NCBI GenBank assembly: GCA_040905445.1
Contig: JBBDRN010000043.1
Span: 479-64,478, forward strand
Direction: 5' to 3'
Length of the DNA: 64,000 nt
From: Phycisphaeraceae bacterium
GTDB lineage: Bacteria > Planctomycetota > Phycisphaerae > Phycisphaerales > Phycisphaeraceae
Of this stretch, positions 43,204 to 53,519 are shown one piece after another (within the stretch, counting starts at the first letter, position 1; each line of letters begins with the position of its first letter). The position numbers were made by a program, and so were the translations under genes. The notes beneath the pieces are model-generated. The model was not told the DNA's origin and ran no database searches. It saw nothing but the letters and a program-made list of their open reading frames with translations.

Positions 43204-43995
43204 ATGATCCCGCGCATGATCGATACGCACTGTCACCTGACATTTCCGCAACTGCATCGGCAGCTCGATGACGTGCTGGCGCGCGCGGCGGCGCGGGGCG
43301 TCGACGAGATGATCTGCGTCGGCACAAACGGCGGCGACGCCGTCGCGGCCGCGGCGCTGGCGGAGCGCTACGCCCACATCCACGCCACCGCCGGACTGCA
43401 CCCGCTGTACGTCACGCCGGAGACGGACCTGGACGCGGCGGGCGAGCTGCTGCGCTGGGCGGCGGCGCGGCGCGAGGTCGTGGCGTTTGGCGAGATGGGG
43501 CTCGACTACCACTACGACGAGCCGGCGCGCGAGCTTCAGCATGCCGCGTTCGCCCGTCAGCTCGAGGTGATCGCGGCGATGGACAGCGCGCGGCCGATCA
43601 TCATCCACAACCGCAAGGCGACGGATGACGTGCTGGCGATGATCGCCGAGGCCGGCCTTGCGGGTGAGCGCTTCGTGTTTCACTGTTTCACCGGCGATCG
43701 CGCAGAGGTCGAGCGCGTCCTCGCCGCCGGGGCGATGGTCAGCTTCACGGGGATCGTGACGTTCCCCAACGCGCGAGACGTGGCGGAGGCGTCGGACGCC
43801 GTGCCGATCGAGCGGCTGATGGTGGAGACGGATTCGCCGTTCCTGACGCCCGAGCCGAACCGGAAGGTGCGGCCGAACGAGCCGGCGTACGTCGTGGACG
43901 TGGCGCGGTTTCTGGCCGACCGCCGGGGGATGGCGTTCGAGGCGTTCGTCGAGGCGGTCGACGCGAACGCCCGGCGGTTCTTCTCGCTTGCTTGA
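43204..43995 (+). CDS. tatD: TatD-family metal-dependent hydrolase
   Basis: MIDTHCHL, GEMGLDYHY, IIHNR, FHCFTG, ETDSPFL motifs. Confidence 0.9.
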   Translation: MIPRMIDTHCHLTFPQLHRQLDDVLARAAARGVDEMICVGTNGGDAVAAAALAERYAHIHATAGLHPLYVTPETDLDAAGELLRWAAARREVVAFGEMGLDYHYDEPARELQHAAFARQLEVIAAMDSARPIIIHNRKATDDVLAMIAEAGLAGERFVFHCFTGDRAEVERVLAAGAMVSFTGIVTFPNARDVAEASDAVPIERLMVETDSPFLTPEPNRKVRPNEPAYVVDVARFLADRRGMAFEAFVEAVDANARRFFSLA

Positions 43996-44012
43996 TCGCC
44001 GCGATGCCGGGA

Positions 44013-44229
44013 TAACCGCGAAGGCGCGAAGAAGGCGAAGAGGGCACGAAGGAAGGCGGAGAGGCGGGGGGCGGGCAGGGCCACAAAGACACAGAGGCGG
44101 AGGGGAGTGAAGCGGAGGACGGCCCCCGCCTCCTTCCTGCTTTGCCCTCTGCCTCCGGCCTCTGTGCCTCTGTGGTTTCTTGTCCCCCTCCCGCCTTCGT
44201 GCCCTCTTCGCTTCGCGCCTTCGCGGTTA
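44013..44229. repeat. 217-nt composite imperfect palindrome (AACCGCGAAGG / GAGGGCACGAAGG / CACAGAGGC words)
   Basis: The outer 19 nt are perfectly complementary (44013-44031 / 44211-44229), followed by a further 17-nt perfect block. Lies between convergent tatD and purB. Confidence 0.9.
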
Positions 44230-44233
44230 ACCG

Positions 44234-45682
44234 TCACACGCTCAGCGCCGGCTCGTAGCCCATCACCTCGGCGTAGCGCTGGCGGATCGGCCCGGCGACC
44301 TCCTCGATGAAGGTGTCGACCTGCTGCGGGGCGCGGCCGATGAACTGCGCGGGTTCCGCGACGGCGTACACGTCCACTCCCGCAAACGCCGGGTCGGCCG
44401 CGAGGCGGTCGAGCAGGTCGTTGGGCTGCGCTTCTTCCTTGACGCGCTGGGCGGCGGCCTGGCTGTGCGTGCGGATCACCTCGTGCAGCGTCTGCCGATC
44501 CCCCCCCTGCTGCACCGCGGCCATGAGGATGTTCTCCGTGGCCATGAAAGGCAGCTCGGCGCGAAGGTTGTTCTCGACGGTCTTCTCGTAGACGACCAGG
44601 CCCGAACTGACGTTGACGAGCAGGTCGAGCACGCCGTCGAGCGCGAGGAAGGGCTCGGGCAGCGTCAGCCGGCGGGCGCTCGAGTCGTCAAGCGTGCGCT
44701 CCATCCACTGCTCGGCGGCGGTGACGAAGGGGGTCTGTGTCATGCCGATGACGAAGCGGGACAGGCCGCAGATCCGCTCGCAGCGCATCGGGTTGCGCTT
44801 GTAGGCCATCGCCGACGAGCCGATCTGGCTCTCCTCGAATGGCTCCTCGAGCTCCTTGCGCGACGCGAGCAGGCGCACGTCGGTGGCGAACTTCTGCGCG
44901 GCGGCGGCGGCGGCGGCGAGGCTGGCGGCGACCAGGCCGTCGACCACGCGCGGGTAGGTCTGTCCGGTGACGATGAATCGGCGGTCCGGGTCCCAGCCCA
45001 TTTTTTCGGTGACGAGGCGATCGAGCTGCTCGACTTTCGCGTGCGACGCGGGCGTGTTGCCGCCGAAGAGGGCGAGGAAGGAGGCCTGCGTGCCGGTGGT
45101 GCCCTTGACGCCGCGGAAGCGGAGCGAATCGAGGCGATGCTCGAGCTCCTCGAGGGCGAGCGACAGGTCGTAGGCCCACAGCGCCGCCCGCTTGCCGACG
45201 GTTGTGGGCTGGGCGGGCTGGAGGTGGGTGAACGCAAGCGTGGGCAGGTGCTTGTGCCGGTCGGCGAACGTCGCGAGGCGGTCGATGGCGGTGGCGAGCT
45301 TCTGCGTCACGAGCTTGAGCGCGTCGCGGATCTGGATCAGCTCGGTGTTGCAGTTGACGAACTGGCTGGTCGCGCCGAGGTGGATGATGGGGCGGGCACC
45401 GGGCGCGGCGTCGCCCAGAGCGTGGACGTGGGCCATCACGTCGTGGCGCAGCTTCTTTTCGTAGTCGGCCGCCACCTCGTAGTCGATGTCCTGCTGGTGG
45501 TCGCGCAGGGCGGCAAGCTGCTCGTCGGTGATGGTCAGGCCCAGTTCCTGCTGCGCCTCGGCCAGCGCGAGCCAGAGCCGGCGCCAGGTGGTGAACTTGG
45601 TGCGCGGCGAGAAGATGCGCTGCATCTCGGGCGAGGCGTTGCGCTGGGCGAGCGGGGAGGTGTATCGCTGGTCGTCTTGCAT
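44234..45682 (-). CDS. purB: adenylosuccinate lyase
   Basis: 482 aa. YTSPLAQRNASPEM, HLGATSQFVN, GSSAMAYKRNPMRCE signature. The upstream part of ORF 44234..46921 was rejected. Confidence 0.93.
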   Translation of the reverse strand: MQDDQRYTSPLAQRNASPEMQRIFSPRTKFTTWRRLWLALAEAQQELGLTITDEQLAALRDHQQDIDYEVAADYEKKLRHDVMAHVHALGDAAPGARPIIHLGATSQFVNCNTELIQIRDALKLVTQKLATAIDRLATFADRHKHLPTLAFTHLQPAQPTTVGKRAALWAYDLSLALEELEHRLDSLRFRGVKGTTGTQASFLALFGGNTPASHAKVEQLDRLVTEKMGWDPDRRFIVTGQTYPRVVDGLVAASLAAAAAAAQKFATDVRLLASRKELEEPFEESQIGSSAMAYKRNPMRCERICGLSRFVIGMTQTPFVTAAEQWMERTLDDSSARRLTLPEPFLALDGVLDLLVNVSSGLVVYEKTVENNLRAELPFMATENILMAAVQQGGDRQTLHEVIRTHSQAAAQRVKEEAQPNDLLDRLAADPAFAGVDVYAVAEPAQFIGRAPQQVDTFIEEVAGPIRQRYAEVMGYEPALSV

Positions 45683-45964
45683 GGGGCAGGTCCGGAGGCG
45701 GGGCGGCACGGTGAGGGGGTTGGTAGGCGGGTGGGTGTTGGCCTTGGCCGACGCGGGGGGGGGGGCGCGGACGGTGCATCGTACGCCCCGCGGCGCTCGC
45801 GCGCCCGCGGCGCCCGGAGCGGGGAAATTCAACCTACCAGGGCGACGGCTAACGGGCGGTGGCGCGCTTCGTGGCCCGCGTCTTGACCCTGCGCGTCGGG
45901 GGGGCCATATTACACCCTTGGCCCTTCTGGTTGGACGCGCAGGCTCGGAGGATCCGAGGCGGAG

Positions 45965-46585
45965 ATGGCACAGGACGCCGACGCTCAATTGCTGGATCGT
46001 GCCCGGGCCGGCGACCGCCAGGCGCTGGGGGCGCTGCTGACGCGTCATGAGCGGCGGCTGTACAACGTGATCCTGCGCATGGTCCGCCAGCGCGACGACG
46101 CGGCCGAGCTGACCCAGCAGGCGCTGACGAAGATCATCGAGCACCTGCCGAGCTTCCGCGGTGACGCGGCGGTGGGCACGTGGATGACGCGCATCGCCAT
46201 GAACGAGGCCCTGGCGCACGTCAGGCGGGGGGCGCTGCGGCGGACGACGAGCCTGGATGCGCCGATCGGGGGCAACGGCGACGGGCGGCAGACGGCGGCG
46301 GGCGATTATCTGGTCGACAGGCGGGAACCGCCGCCGGCGCGGGGCATCGAAATGAAGGAGGAGCGCGAGCGGCTGGAGGCGGCGATTGCCGGGCTCGAGC
46401 CCGAGTTCCGCGCGGTGCTGGTGCTGCGGGATGTCGCCGGGATGGACTACGGGCAGATCGCGGCCGTGCTGGAGCTGGCGCTGGGGACGGTCAAGAGCCG
46501 GCTGTTCCGGGCGCGGCTGGCGCTGCGGGAGCAGTTGAGCGAGCAGACGAGCGGCGGGGAGATCGCCACGGATGAACACAGATGA
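45965..46585 (+). CDS. ECF-type RNA polymerase sigma factor
   Basis: Region 2 (YNVILRMVRQRDDAAELTQQALTKI) and region 4 (LVLRDVAGMDYGQIAAVLELALGTVKSRLFRAR). Confidence 0.9.
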   Translation: MAQDADAQLLDRARAGDRQALGALLTRHERRLYNVILRMVRQRDDAAELTQQALTKIIEHLPSFRGDAAVGTWMTRIAMNEALAHVRRGALRRTTSLDAPIGGNGDGRQTAAGDYLVDRREPPPARGIEMKEERERLEAAIAGLEPEFRAVLVLRDVAGMDYGQIAAVLELALGTVKSRLFRARLALREQLSEQTSGGEIATDEHR

Positions 46586-46676
46586 GCACGGATGGGAGAT
46601 GGGAAATGGCTGTCGATAGCAACCGGCATCGGTGTTCCGTCTCCATCTGCGGCTCAAGTTCCGGGCGAGGTGTTTG

Positions 46677-48332
46677 ATGAGTGACCGGTATGACCATGAG
46701 CTGCTGCTGGCGTACATCGAGGGTGAGCTCGATGCGCAGCGGGCGCGGGCGCTGGAGGCGGAGCTGGCGGACGACGCGAAGCTGTGCGCGCTGATCGAGC
46801 AGTTGCGTGCGGATCGGCAGGCGGTGCGGGCGATGGGCGAGCAGGAACCGCCGGGCCCGCTGACGGAGGATGCGATCGCGCAACTCGAGCGGCGGATGCT
46901 GCTGGACGCGCCGCATCGCACGGCGCCGGCCGGGGCGCCCCTCGCGGCCGGAGGCGGGGGGGGTCGAACCGCGGGGGCCGGTCGACGGCTGCGACGCGTG
47001 CTCGTCTACAGCAGCGTCGCCGCGGCGGTCGGCATCAGCGCGCTGGTGGTCGCCATCACGCTCGTCGATCGCACCGCGCAGCACGAGGTGCAACGCTATG
47101 GCGAGATGGCGCAGCGCTACCGGCAGAGCAACGGCGGCGCGGCGGGCGACGCCGACGCGGCCCGCGAGGCCGACGGCGCGATCGCCGCCGCCCAGCCCGC
47201 CGACGCCACCCCGGCCAGCGATGCCGATGCCAGCGCGCTCGCCGCCGCGGACGACACGCAGGCGGAGGCGCAGGTGCGCGCGGGGGGCGGTGTCGACACC
47301 GCGGCGAATCGCCTGGCGCGGGTGGAGGCGGTGGCGCGGGCGCTGGCGGAGGCGGACGAGACGGCTGCGGACGGGCGTTCGGGCGGGGGCGGGCGGACGG
47401 TTCGGCTGGATCGCGACCCGGAATCGCCCGGCGTGGAGTGGTTTGGCCAGCGGAGCCCGGAACTGGCGGGGGAGGTCGGACCGCTCGGCGATGCCGACCC
47501 AGCCGCGCCGCAACGAGCACGATTCGGGACGCCGAGGGCGGCAGGGGATGACGCGGTGGCCGGGGCGGGGGATGGCGACGACGGGCTGCCGCATGCGCTG
47601 GCGCCGCACGTGTTGACCCTGCCGAGCGCGCGGACCGCCGACGCGCGGCCCGCGCGGCTGAGCCGCGAGCGCGAGAGCGTCGAACTGCTCGCGGGCGAAG
47701 CGGACATGTTGATGCGGGACGCGGTCGAGGCGCGGGCGGACGCGGCGGGGACGGCGGGGACGGCGGGGGCGAATGTAACGATGGCGTGGCGGCTGGTCGT
47801 GGATGACGTCGAGCGCGTCGAGGGCGAGTTGATGCGCTGGGTGATGGGGCGCGGGCCGGCGGTGGCGCTGCTGCCCGGCATGCCGCGCCAGACGGAGCCG
47901 GTCGGCGAAGAGGCAACGCGCGGCGTGGGTGGGGACCTCGCCGACGTGGGGCAGGCGCTGATGCTGCGTGCCTCGGAGGCGGAGGCGGGGTCGAACCTGG
48001 CGCTCGACGTGGACGCGGCGGGGGTGGCGAGGGTGGCGGGGGCCGGCGGGCGGCGGGTCGTGGTGCTCGCGGGGCGCGAGCAGGTGCCGGGCCTGCTGGC
48101 ACACCTTTACAGCCTGGGCGACGTGACGCCGACGGCCGCGCCGATGGTCTGGGGGCTGGACCTGCACGTCGCGCCGCCGGCGGTCGAAGGACGGTCGAGG
48201 CCGATCGCGGATTGGTTTCGCTTGCACCTGCGCGGCGGACGGGGCGACGACGAACTGATGGTGGACGCGCCGGCCGAGGATGGGACGCGATGGCGCGTCG
48301 TGGTGGAGATCGTGGCGGGCGAGGGGCGGTAG
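46677..48332 (+). CDS. anti-sigma factor (single-pass membrane protein, low-complexity periplasmic region)
   Basis: N-terminal anti-sigma-like helix (LLLAYIEGELDAQRARALEAELADDAKLCALIEQLRAD). TM segment VLVYSSVAAAVGISALVVAITLV. Lies directly downstream of the ECF sigma gene. Confidence 0.65.
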   Translation: MSDRYDHELLLAYIEGELDAQRARALEAELADDAKLCALIEQLRADRQAVRAMGEQEPPGPLTEDAIAQLERRMLLDAPHRTAPAGAPLAAGGGGGRTAGAGRRLRRVLVYSSVAAAVGISALVVAITLVDRTAQHEVQRYGEMAQRYRQSNGGAAGDADAAREADGAIAAAQPADATPASDADASALAAADDTQAEAQVRAGGGVDTAANRLARVEAVARALAEADETAADGRSGGGGRTVRLDRDPESPGVEWFGQRSPELAGEVGPLGDADPAAPQRARFGTPRAAGDDAVAGAGDGDDGLPHALAPHVLTLPSARTADARPARLSRERESVELLAGEADMLMRDAVEARADAAGTAGTAGANVTMAWRLVVDDVERVEGELMRWVMGRGPAVALLPGMPRQTEPVGEEATRGVGGDLADVGQALMLRASEAEAGSNLALDVDAAGVARVAGAGGRRVVVLAGREQVPGLLAHLYSLGDVTPTAAPMVWGLDLHVAPPAVEGRSRPIADWFRLHLRGGRGDDELMVDAPAEDGTRWRVVVEIVAGEGR

Positions 48333-48382
48333 CCGCGGGCCCGGTGGGTTTCGCTTCGCTGCACCCATCTACGCGCCGCGCA

Positions 48383-50947
48383 TCACCGGCGGCGGAAGGT
48401 GCTCCAGTGGACGCGGCCGTCGCGTTCGATGGTGATCGTTGCCTTGCCGTCGCGCGGCGTGACAAGACGATCCGGCGCGCGCGGCATCGTGTCGAGCGCG
48501 TCGGCCCATGCGTCGCGGTTGAACTGCCCGACCGACGAGGACTGCACAACGACCATCGGCTGGACGCGCGCGAGCAGCGCGACGGTGCGCGGCGTGTGCT
48601 CGCCATGGTGCGGCAGGGTCATCACCTCGGCGGCGAGATCGGGGTGATCGGCCAGCAGGCGGTCGATCCCGTCGCGCTGGATGTCGCCGGTCATGAGAAG
48701 CGTGCGGTCGCCAGCGCGGACGCGGGCGACGAGGCCGGCGTCGTTGCGCCCGGGCGGCGGGTCGCGCGCGGGGGGCCAGAGCAGCTCGATCCGGGCGTCG
48801 CCGAGCGTCGTGCGATGGCCGCGCACCGCGTGCTCGACGGGAACGTCGGCGGCGTCGAGGATGTCGAGCAGCATGGCCACCGGCCCCACGGGCTCAGCGT
48901 CGGCGAGCCTGGTGAAGTGCGGCGGGACGACGACGCGGTCGACGCGGAGGGCGGCGACGATCGCGGGCACGCCGTTGTAGTGGTCGATGTCGGCGTGGGT
49001 GAGGTAGATGGCCTCCAGCCGCGTGACGCCGAGGCGGCGCAGGCCGGGGACGATCGTCCGCTGGCCGGCTTCGGGGAAGGAGTGTGACCCGGCGTCCCAG
49101 AGGATGTGGCGGTCGCCGCTGCTGATCAGGTGAGCGGCGCCGTGGCCGACGGCGAAGGTGCGCAGGAGGAGGACGGGGCGGGCGCGGGTGGCGCTGGCGA
49201 GCAGGTTCGGGCGGTCGTGGACGAGCCCCCAGGCGGCCAGGGTGACGAGGCTGGCGGCGAGCGCGGCGCGGCGGCGGTGAAATCGCCCGGCGAAAAGGGC
49301 GCCGGCGAAGGCGACCGCGGCGCCGGCCCACAGCGGCGACGCCGGCCGGGCCAGCTCGATGCCCGCGCCCGGCCAGGCCGCGGCCGCCTCGACGAGCCAG
49401 AGGCTGGCGCCGGCCGCACCGTCGGCGAGCGGGGCGAGCGATGCGCCGAGGGGCGGGACGATGAGCCCGATCGCCATCTTGAGATACCCCACCGCCAGCA
49501 GCAGGACGAATGGAACGACGGAGGCGATGGAGAAGACGATGGCGTAAGGGTTGACCAGCTCGAAGTGACACGCAACCAGCGGCAGCGCGGTGACGCCGGC
49601 AACGAGGCTGACGGCCGTGACGTCGGCGGCGCGGCGGGGCAGCCAGGCGCGCCAGGGCAGCGGCGGCAACTCCTCGTGCGGATGGCGCGGCCAGAGCGCG
49701 TAGGAGACGCGGCGGGTGAAGAGGATGAGCATGGCAACGATAGCGAAGCTGAGCTGGAAGCCGGGCGAGGCGACGTCCGCGGGTCGCCAGAGCAGCACGC
49801 CGATCGCGGCGATGGCCAGCAGCGCGATGGCGGGCATGGCGCGGCCGGTGGCCCAGGCGATGCAGAACGCGGCGGCCATCATCGAGGCGCGCAGGATCGG
49901 GACGCGGCCGGGCAGGGCGAAGGCGTAGATGAGCAGGACGAGCAGGACGATGATGGCGCAGGCGCGCGGGGGCAGGCCCGTGAATCGCGCGGCGGTCCAG
50001 ACGAGGCCGAGCAGGATGGCGAGGTGGGCGCCGCTGATGGCCATGAGGTGGGCGAGACCGGTGACGCGGAAGTGGTCGTAGGTGTTTCGGAAGGAGTCGC
50101 CGCGCTCACCGAGGATAAGGGCTTCGAGCAGTTCGACTCGCTCGCCGGGCGGCATGCCGGCGCGGAGGGCGTCGAGCATGGACTGACGGAGGGCGTAGCG
50201 GGCGTCGCGGAGGGCACTGGTGGGCAAGCCACCCGTGGCACCCGAGGCGGTGGCGGGGGTGGCGGAGAGATCGTGCCAGTGGCGGATGGTGGGGACGATG
50301 AGCTGACCGGGGATGCCGCGGTCGGCGAGGTGGGCGCGGTAGTCGAAGCTGCCGGGGTTGCCCGGGCGGGCGACGGGTTGGAGCCAGCCGGCGGCGCGGA
50401 TGCGCTGGCCCTGGGTCAGGCGATGCTCGTGCTGGTTGATGCGGACGCTGAGTGCGCCGCTGGCGGGGCGCGGCTGGCCGGCGAGGGTGACGGTGTCGAC
50501 GTCGATCTCGAAGAGCGTGGCGTCGGGGCGGTAACTGAAGCGGGCCAGGCCCGCCTCGTCGCGCGGCGGGTGCGACAGCTCGCTGCGCACCGTGCCAGTG
50601 ACCTCGGCGAGTTGGCGCTCGTCGGTGACGTAATGGGCGATGTGGTCGTGGCGGACATGCTCGACGCTGAGGACGTGGTACGCCCCCGCCAGAGCGACGA
50701 CGGCCAGGAGTGTCAGGCGGCCGGCGGTGGCGGCGCGGCGACGGCGCGAACCGGTGACGAGCGCAGCCAGGATGAAGGCGGCGGCGATGGCGAGCCAGAG
50801 GGGCGCGGAGGGAATCGCGCGGCCGAGCGTCAGGCCGACGATCGTTGCGAGCGCGCAGGCGACGTAGGGGCGGGCGATGCGCCAGGACTGGGCGTACGGC
50901 ACAACATCCCCGGGTACGCCCGGATCGTCGGGTCGAGCCGGGGGCAT
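48383..50947 (-). CDS. comEC: DNA internalisation competence protein ComEC/Rec2 (with MBL-fold domain)
   Basis: Polytopic competence domain (GLAHLMAISGAHL) plus C-terminal metallo-beta-lactamase motif YLTHADIDHYNG. Confidence 0.85.
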   Translation of the reverse strand: MPPARPDDPGVPGDVVPYAQSWRIARPYVACALATIVGLTLGRAIPSAPLWLAIAAAFILAALVTGSRRRRAATAGRLTLLAVVALAGAYHVLSVEHVRHDHIAHYVTDERQLAEVTGTVRSELSHPPRDEAGLARFSYRPDATLFEIDVDTVTLAGQPRPASGALSVRINQHEHRLTQGQRIRAAGWLQPVARPGNPGSFDYRAHLADRGIPGQLIVPTIRHWHDLSATPATASGATGGLPTSALRDARYALRQSMLDALRAGMPPGERVELLEALILGERGDSFRNTYDHFRVTGLAHLMAISGAHLAILLGLVWTAARFTGLPPRACAIIVLLVLLIYAFALPGRVPILRASMMAAAFCIAWATGRAMPAIALLAIAAIGVLLWRPADVASPGFQLSFAIVAMLILFTRRVSYALWPRHPHEELPPLPWRAWLPRRAADVTAVSLVAGVTALPLVACHFELVNPYAIVFSIASVVPFVLLLAVGYLKMAIGLIVPPLGASLAPLADGAAGASLWLVEAAAAWPGAGIELARPASPLWAGAAVAFAGALFAGRFHRRRAALAASLVTLAAWGLVHDRPNLLASATRARPVLLLRTFAVGHGAAHLISSGDRHILWDAGSHSFPEAGQRTIVPGLRRLGVTRLEAIYLTHADIDHYNGVPAIVAALRVDRVVVPPHFTRLADAEPVGPVAMLLDILDAADVPVEHAVRGHRTTLGDARIELLWPPARDPPPGRNDAGLVARVRAGDRTLLMTGDIQRDGIDRLLADHPDLAAEVMTLPHHGEHTPRTVALLARVQPMVVVQSSSVGQFNRDAWADALDTMPRAPDRLVTPRDGKATITIERDGRVHWSTFRRR

Positions 50948-50964
50948 GGGGGGATTGTAATGGG

Positions 50965-50995
50965 GAATTCAAAATTCAGAATTCAAAATTCAGAA
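50965..50995. repeat. AT-rich heptamer array, copy 3 of the same 25-mer
   Basis: Read directly; lies between the DUF255 gene stop and the comEC start. Confidence 0.9.
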
Positions 50996-51027
50996 TGCGG
51001 GGAAATGGTGAGCAGCGCGCGCCGACG

Positions 51028-53379
51028 CTAGGCCGTGCGGATCGACAACGGCAGCTCGATCGTGCGCGGCTGGTGGCAGGCGGTGTCGGTGCAGGGTTGG
51101 CAGTGGAGGATCAGCCGCGGGTGGGCGTCCGCGGGGAGCGGGCGCGTCGGGTCCGTGCGGCGGAGGTGGGCGCGCAATGTGATCTCGCCCTGGTAGATCG
51201 GCAGCGGGGCGTCGGCGAAGGCGGGCTGATGCTCGACGGGGGCCGGGTAGTCGACGTCGATCGCGAGGGCGCCATTGATGCCGACGAGCTCGACGGCGGT
51301 GGGTGTGAGTGTCGCGTCGCGCGGCTCGTGGCTGTTGAGGTGGAAGCCGGGCTCGATGCGGATGTGGATGTCGACGTCGGCCACGCCGATGCCGAGATCG
51401 ATGACGTCAGGATCAACGGCGGCGGCGACGGGCGCGAATGATGGCTGATCTGTCGCGGGGGTGGTGGGGGTGGTGGGGTGTTCGACGCGGTCGGGGGCGA
51501 TCTCGAGGGCGCGCAGAAGGGCATGCTGCATGTGGACGTGCACGATGCCCTGCTCGGCGAGCGCCTTGCCGACGCTTTGCAGGTCGCGCAGCGCGCGGTC
51601 GAGGTACGCGTCATCGTGTGTGAGCTCGTGGAGATCGAGCAGGTTGTGGACCATCTGGCTGTTGGCCGACGGGATCACGCCGTCGTAGGTCGATCGCAGG
51701 CGGACGAGGAGGTCGGCCTGGTCGGGCAGCGTGTCGTAGTAGCCGCCCTGCTCGCCTGCGACGGCGAAGCGGTCGATGGCGGCCTGGGTGCAGGTGCGTG
51801 CGGCGGCGAGCCAGCGGTCGTTGCCGGGTTGGGCGCGGTGCAGCTCGATGAGGCCGTGCGCGAGTGCGGCGTAATCTTCGAGGAACGCGGGAACGCTGAC
51901 CTGGCGCTGGCGCATCGCACGGTGGAGGCTGCCATCGTCGGCGGCAAGATGGTCGAGGACGGCGCTGGCGGCGCGGGCGGCCGCGCCGATGTAGCGCGGC
52001 TCGTCGAGCAGGCGCCCGGCGCGGGCGAGCGCGGCGATCATCAAGCCATTCCAGCTCGTGAGCACCTTGTCGTCGGTCGCGGGCTGCGGGCGCGTGTCGC
52101 GCACGGCCTTGAGGCGCGCGTTGATCTGCCGGCGTTGGGTGAGCAGCTCATCGAGCGGCACGCCGCGCTCCCGCGCGAGCGCGTCGAGCGGCTCGGGCAG
52201 GTAGAGGACGTTGACCGGCTCGGCGTGGGGATGGTGCGGGTCGCGGAAGTTGGTGCCCCGGTCGAGGCCATACATCCGCACCGCGAGCTCGCGCTGCGAT
52301 GGGTCATCGACGAACACGCGCTCGACCTCACCCCGCGTCCAGAGATAGTTGCCGCCCTCGCGGCCGTCGACCTCGGCGTCCTGGGCGCTGTAGAACGCGC
52401 CGGTGTCGTCGAGCATCTCGCGCAGGACGTAGTCGCACGTCTCGCGGACGATGCGGGCGTAGAGCCCTGCCTGCTCGCCGCGCGGCTCGCGGGCCCACGC
52501 GTCGGTATAGACCTCGACGAGCTGGGCGTTGTCATAGAGCATTTTTTCGAAGTGGGGCACGAGCCATTCGGCGCCGACGCTATAGCGGTGGAAGCCGCCG
52601 GCGACCTGGTCGTAGACGCCGCCGCGGGCCATGCGGTCGAGCGTGTGGGCGAGCGCGGCGGCGAGCTGATCGGTGTGGTCGTGGCGGAGCAGGGCCTGGA
52701 GGAACTGGAGGTTGGCGGGGTGGGGGAACTTGGGGGCGCCGCCGAAGCCGGCGTGCTCGCGGTCGTAGGTGCCAAGGAGCTGCCCCGCGGCGCGCTCGAC
52801 GTGCTCGCGAGAGAGCTCGCCGCCCGTGTCGCGGTGGGTCAGGTGCGCGGCGACGGCGTCGGCGACCTTGCCCGCCTGGTCGAGGACGTTGTCGCGATCG
52901 TCGCGCCAGGCGGCGGCGATGCCCTCAATGAGCTGCGCGAAGCCCGGCATGCCGTGCATCGGCTGCGGGGGGATGTAGGTGCCGGCCCAGAAGGGGCGCA
53001 ATCCCGCGCTGCCGTCGGTGGCGGGCGGGGTGAGGAAGACGTTCATCGGCCAGCCGCCGCGGCCGGTCAGCAGTTGCGTGGCAGTCATGTAGAGGTCGTC
53101 GACGTCGGGGCGCTGCTCGCGGTCGACCTTGATGCTGATGCAGTGCTCGTTCATGAGCGCGGCAAGCTCGGCGTTCTCGAAGACCTCGCGCTCCATGACG
53201 TGGCACCAGTAGCAGGTGGCGTAGCCGACGCTGAGGAGGATGGGCTTGTCCTGCTCGCGGGCGGCGGCGAAGGCCTCGTCGCCCCAGGGGTACCAGTCGA
53301 CCGGGTTGTGGGCGTGCTGGAGCAGGTAGGGGCTGGTCTCGTGGATGAGGCGGTTGGCGGGGTGCGCGGGCGGCGGCAT
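51028..53379 (-). CDS. thioredoxin-domain DUF255 protein (YyaL-like) with extra C-terminal DsbD-N-like domain
   Basis: [22 protein letters not shown]...[13 protein letters not shown], then an (alpha/alpha)6-like middle. Alternative start at 53415. Upstream ORF extension rejected. Confidence 0.85.
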   Translation of the reverse strand: MPPPAHPANRLIHETSPYLLQHAHNPVDWYPWGDEAFAAAREQDKPILLSVGYATCYWCHVMEREVFENAELAALMNEHCISIKVDREQRPDVDDLYMTATQLLTGRGGWPMNVFLTPPATDGSAGLRPFWAGTYIPPQPMHGMPGFAQLIEGIAAAWRDDRDNVLDQAGKVADAVAAHLTHRDTGGELSREHVERAAGQLLGTYDREHAGFGGAPKFPHPANLQFLQALLRHDHTDQLAAALAHTLDRMARGGVYDQVAGGFHRYSVGAEWLVPHFEKMLYDNAQLVEVYTDAWAREPRGEQAGLYARIVRETCDYVLREMLDDTGAFYSAQDAEVDGREGGNYLWTRGEVERVFVDDPSQRELAVRMYGLDRGTNFRDPHHPHAEPVNVLYLPEPLDALARERGVPLDELLTQRRQINARLKAVRDTRPQPATDDKVLTSWNGLMIAALARAGRLLDEPRYIGAAARAASAVLDHLAADDGSLHRAMRQRQVSVPAFLEDYAALAHGLIELHRAQPGNDRWLAAARTCTQAAIDRFAVAGEQGGYYDTLPDQADLLVRLRSTYDGVIPSANSQMVHNLLDLHELTHDDAYLDRALRDLQSVGKALAEQGIVHVHMQHALLRALEIAPDRVEHPTTPTTPATDQPSFAPVAAAVDPDVIDLGIGVADVDIHIRIEPGFHLNSHEPRDATLTPTAVELVGINGALAIDVDYPAPVEHQPAFADAPLPIYQGEITLRAHLRRTDPTRPLPADAHPRLILHCQPCTDTACHQPRTIELPLSIRTA

Positions 53380-53439
53380 GGGAGGCTCCGGTGTGTGGGT
53401 TGGCCGGAGTGGCATGCTAGGCGGGAGGCGGGGGGGGGT

Positions 53440-53465
53440 GATTTCGGATTTCGGATTTCGGATTG
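53440..53465. repeat. ATTTCGG heptamer array (about 3.5 copies), intergenic flhG / DUF255 gene
   Basis: Read directly. Confidence 0.9.
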
Positions 53466-53519
53466 GAGAGGCGGCGCGGGTTGGGCGTACGGCGGCACGA
53501 AGCCTGATCCGCTGCGGAC

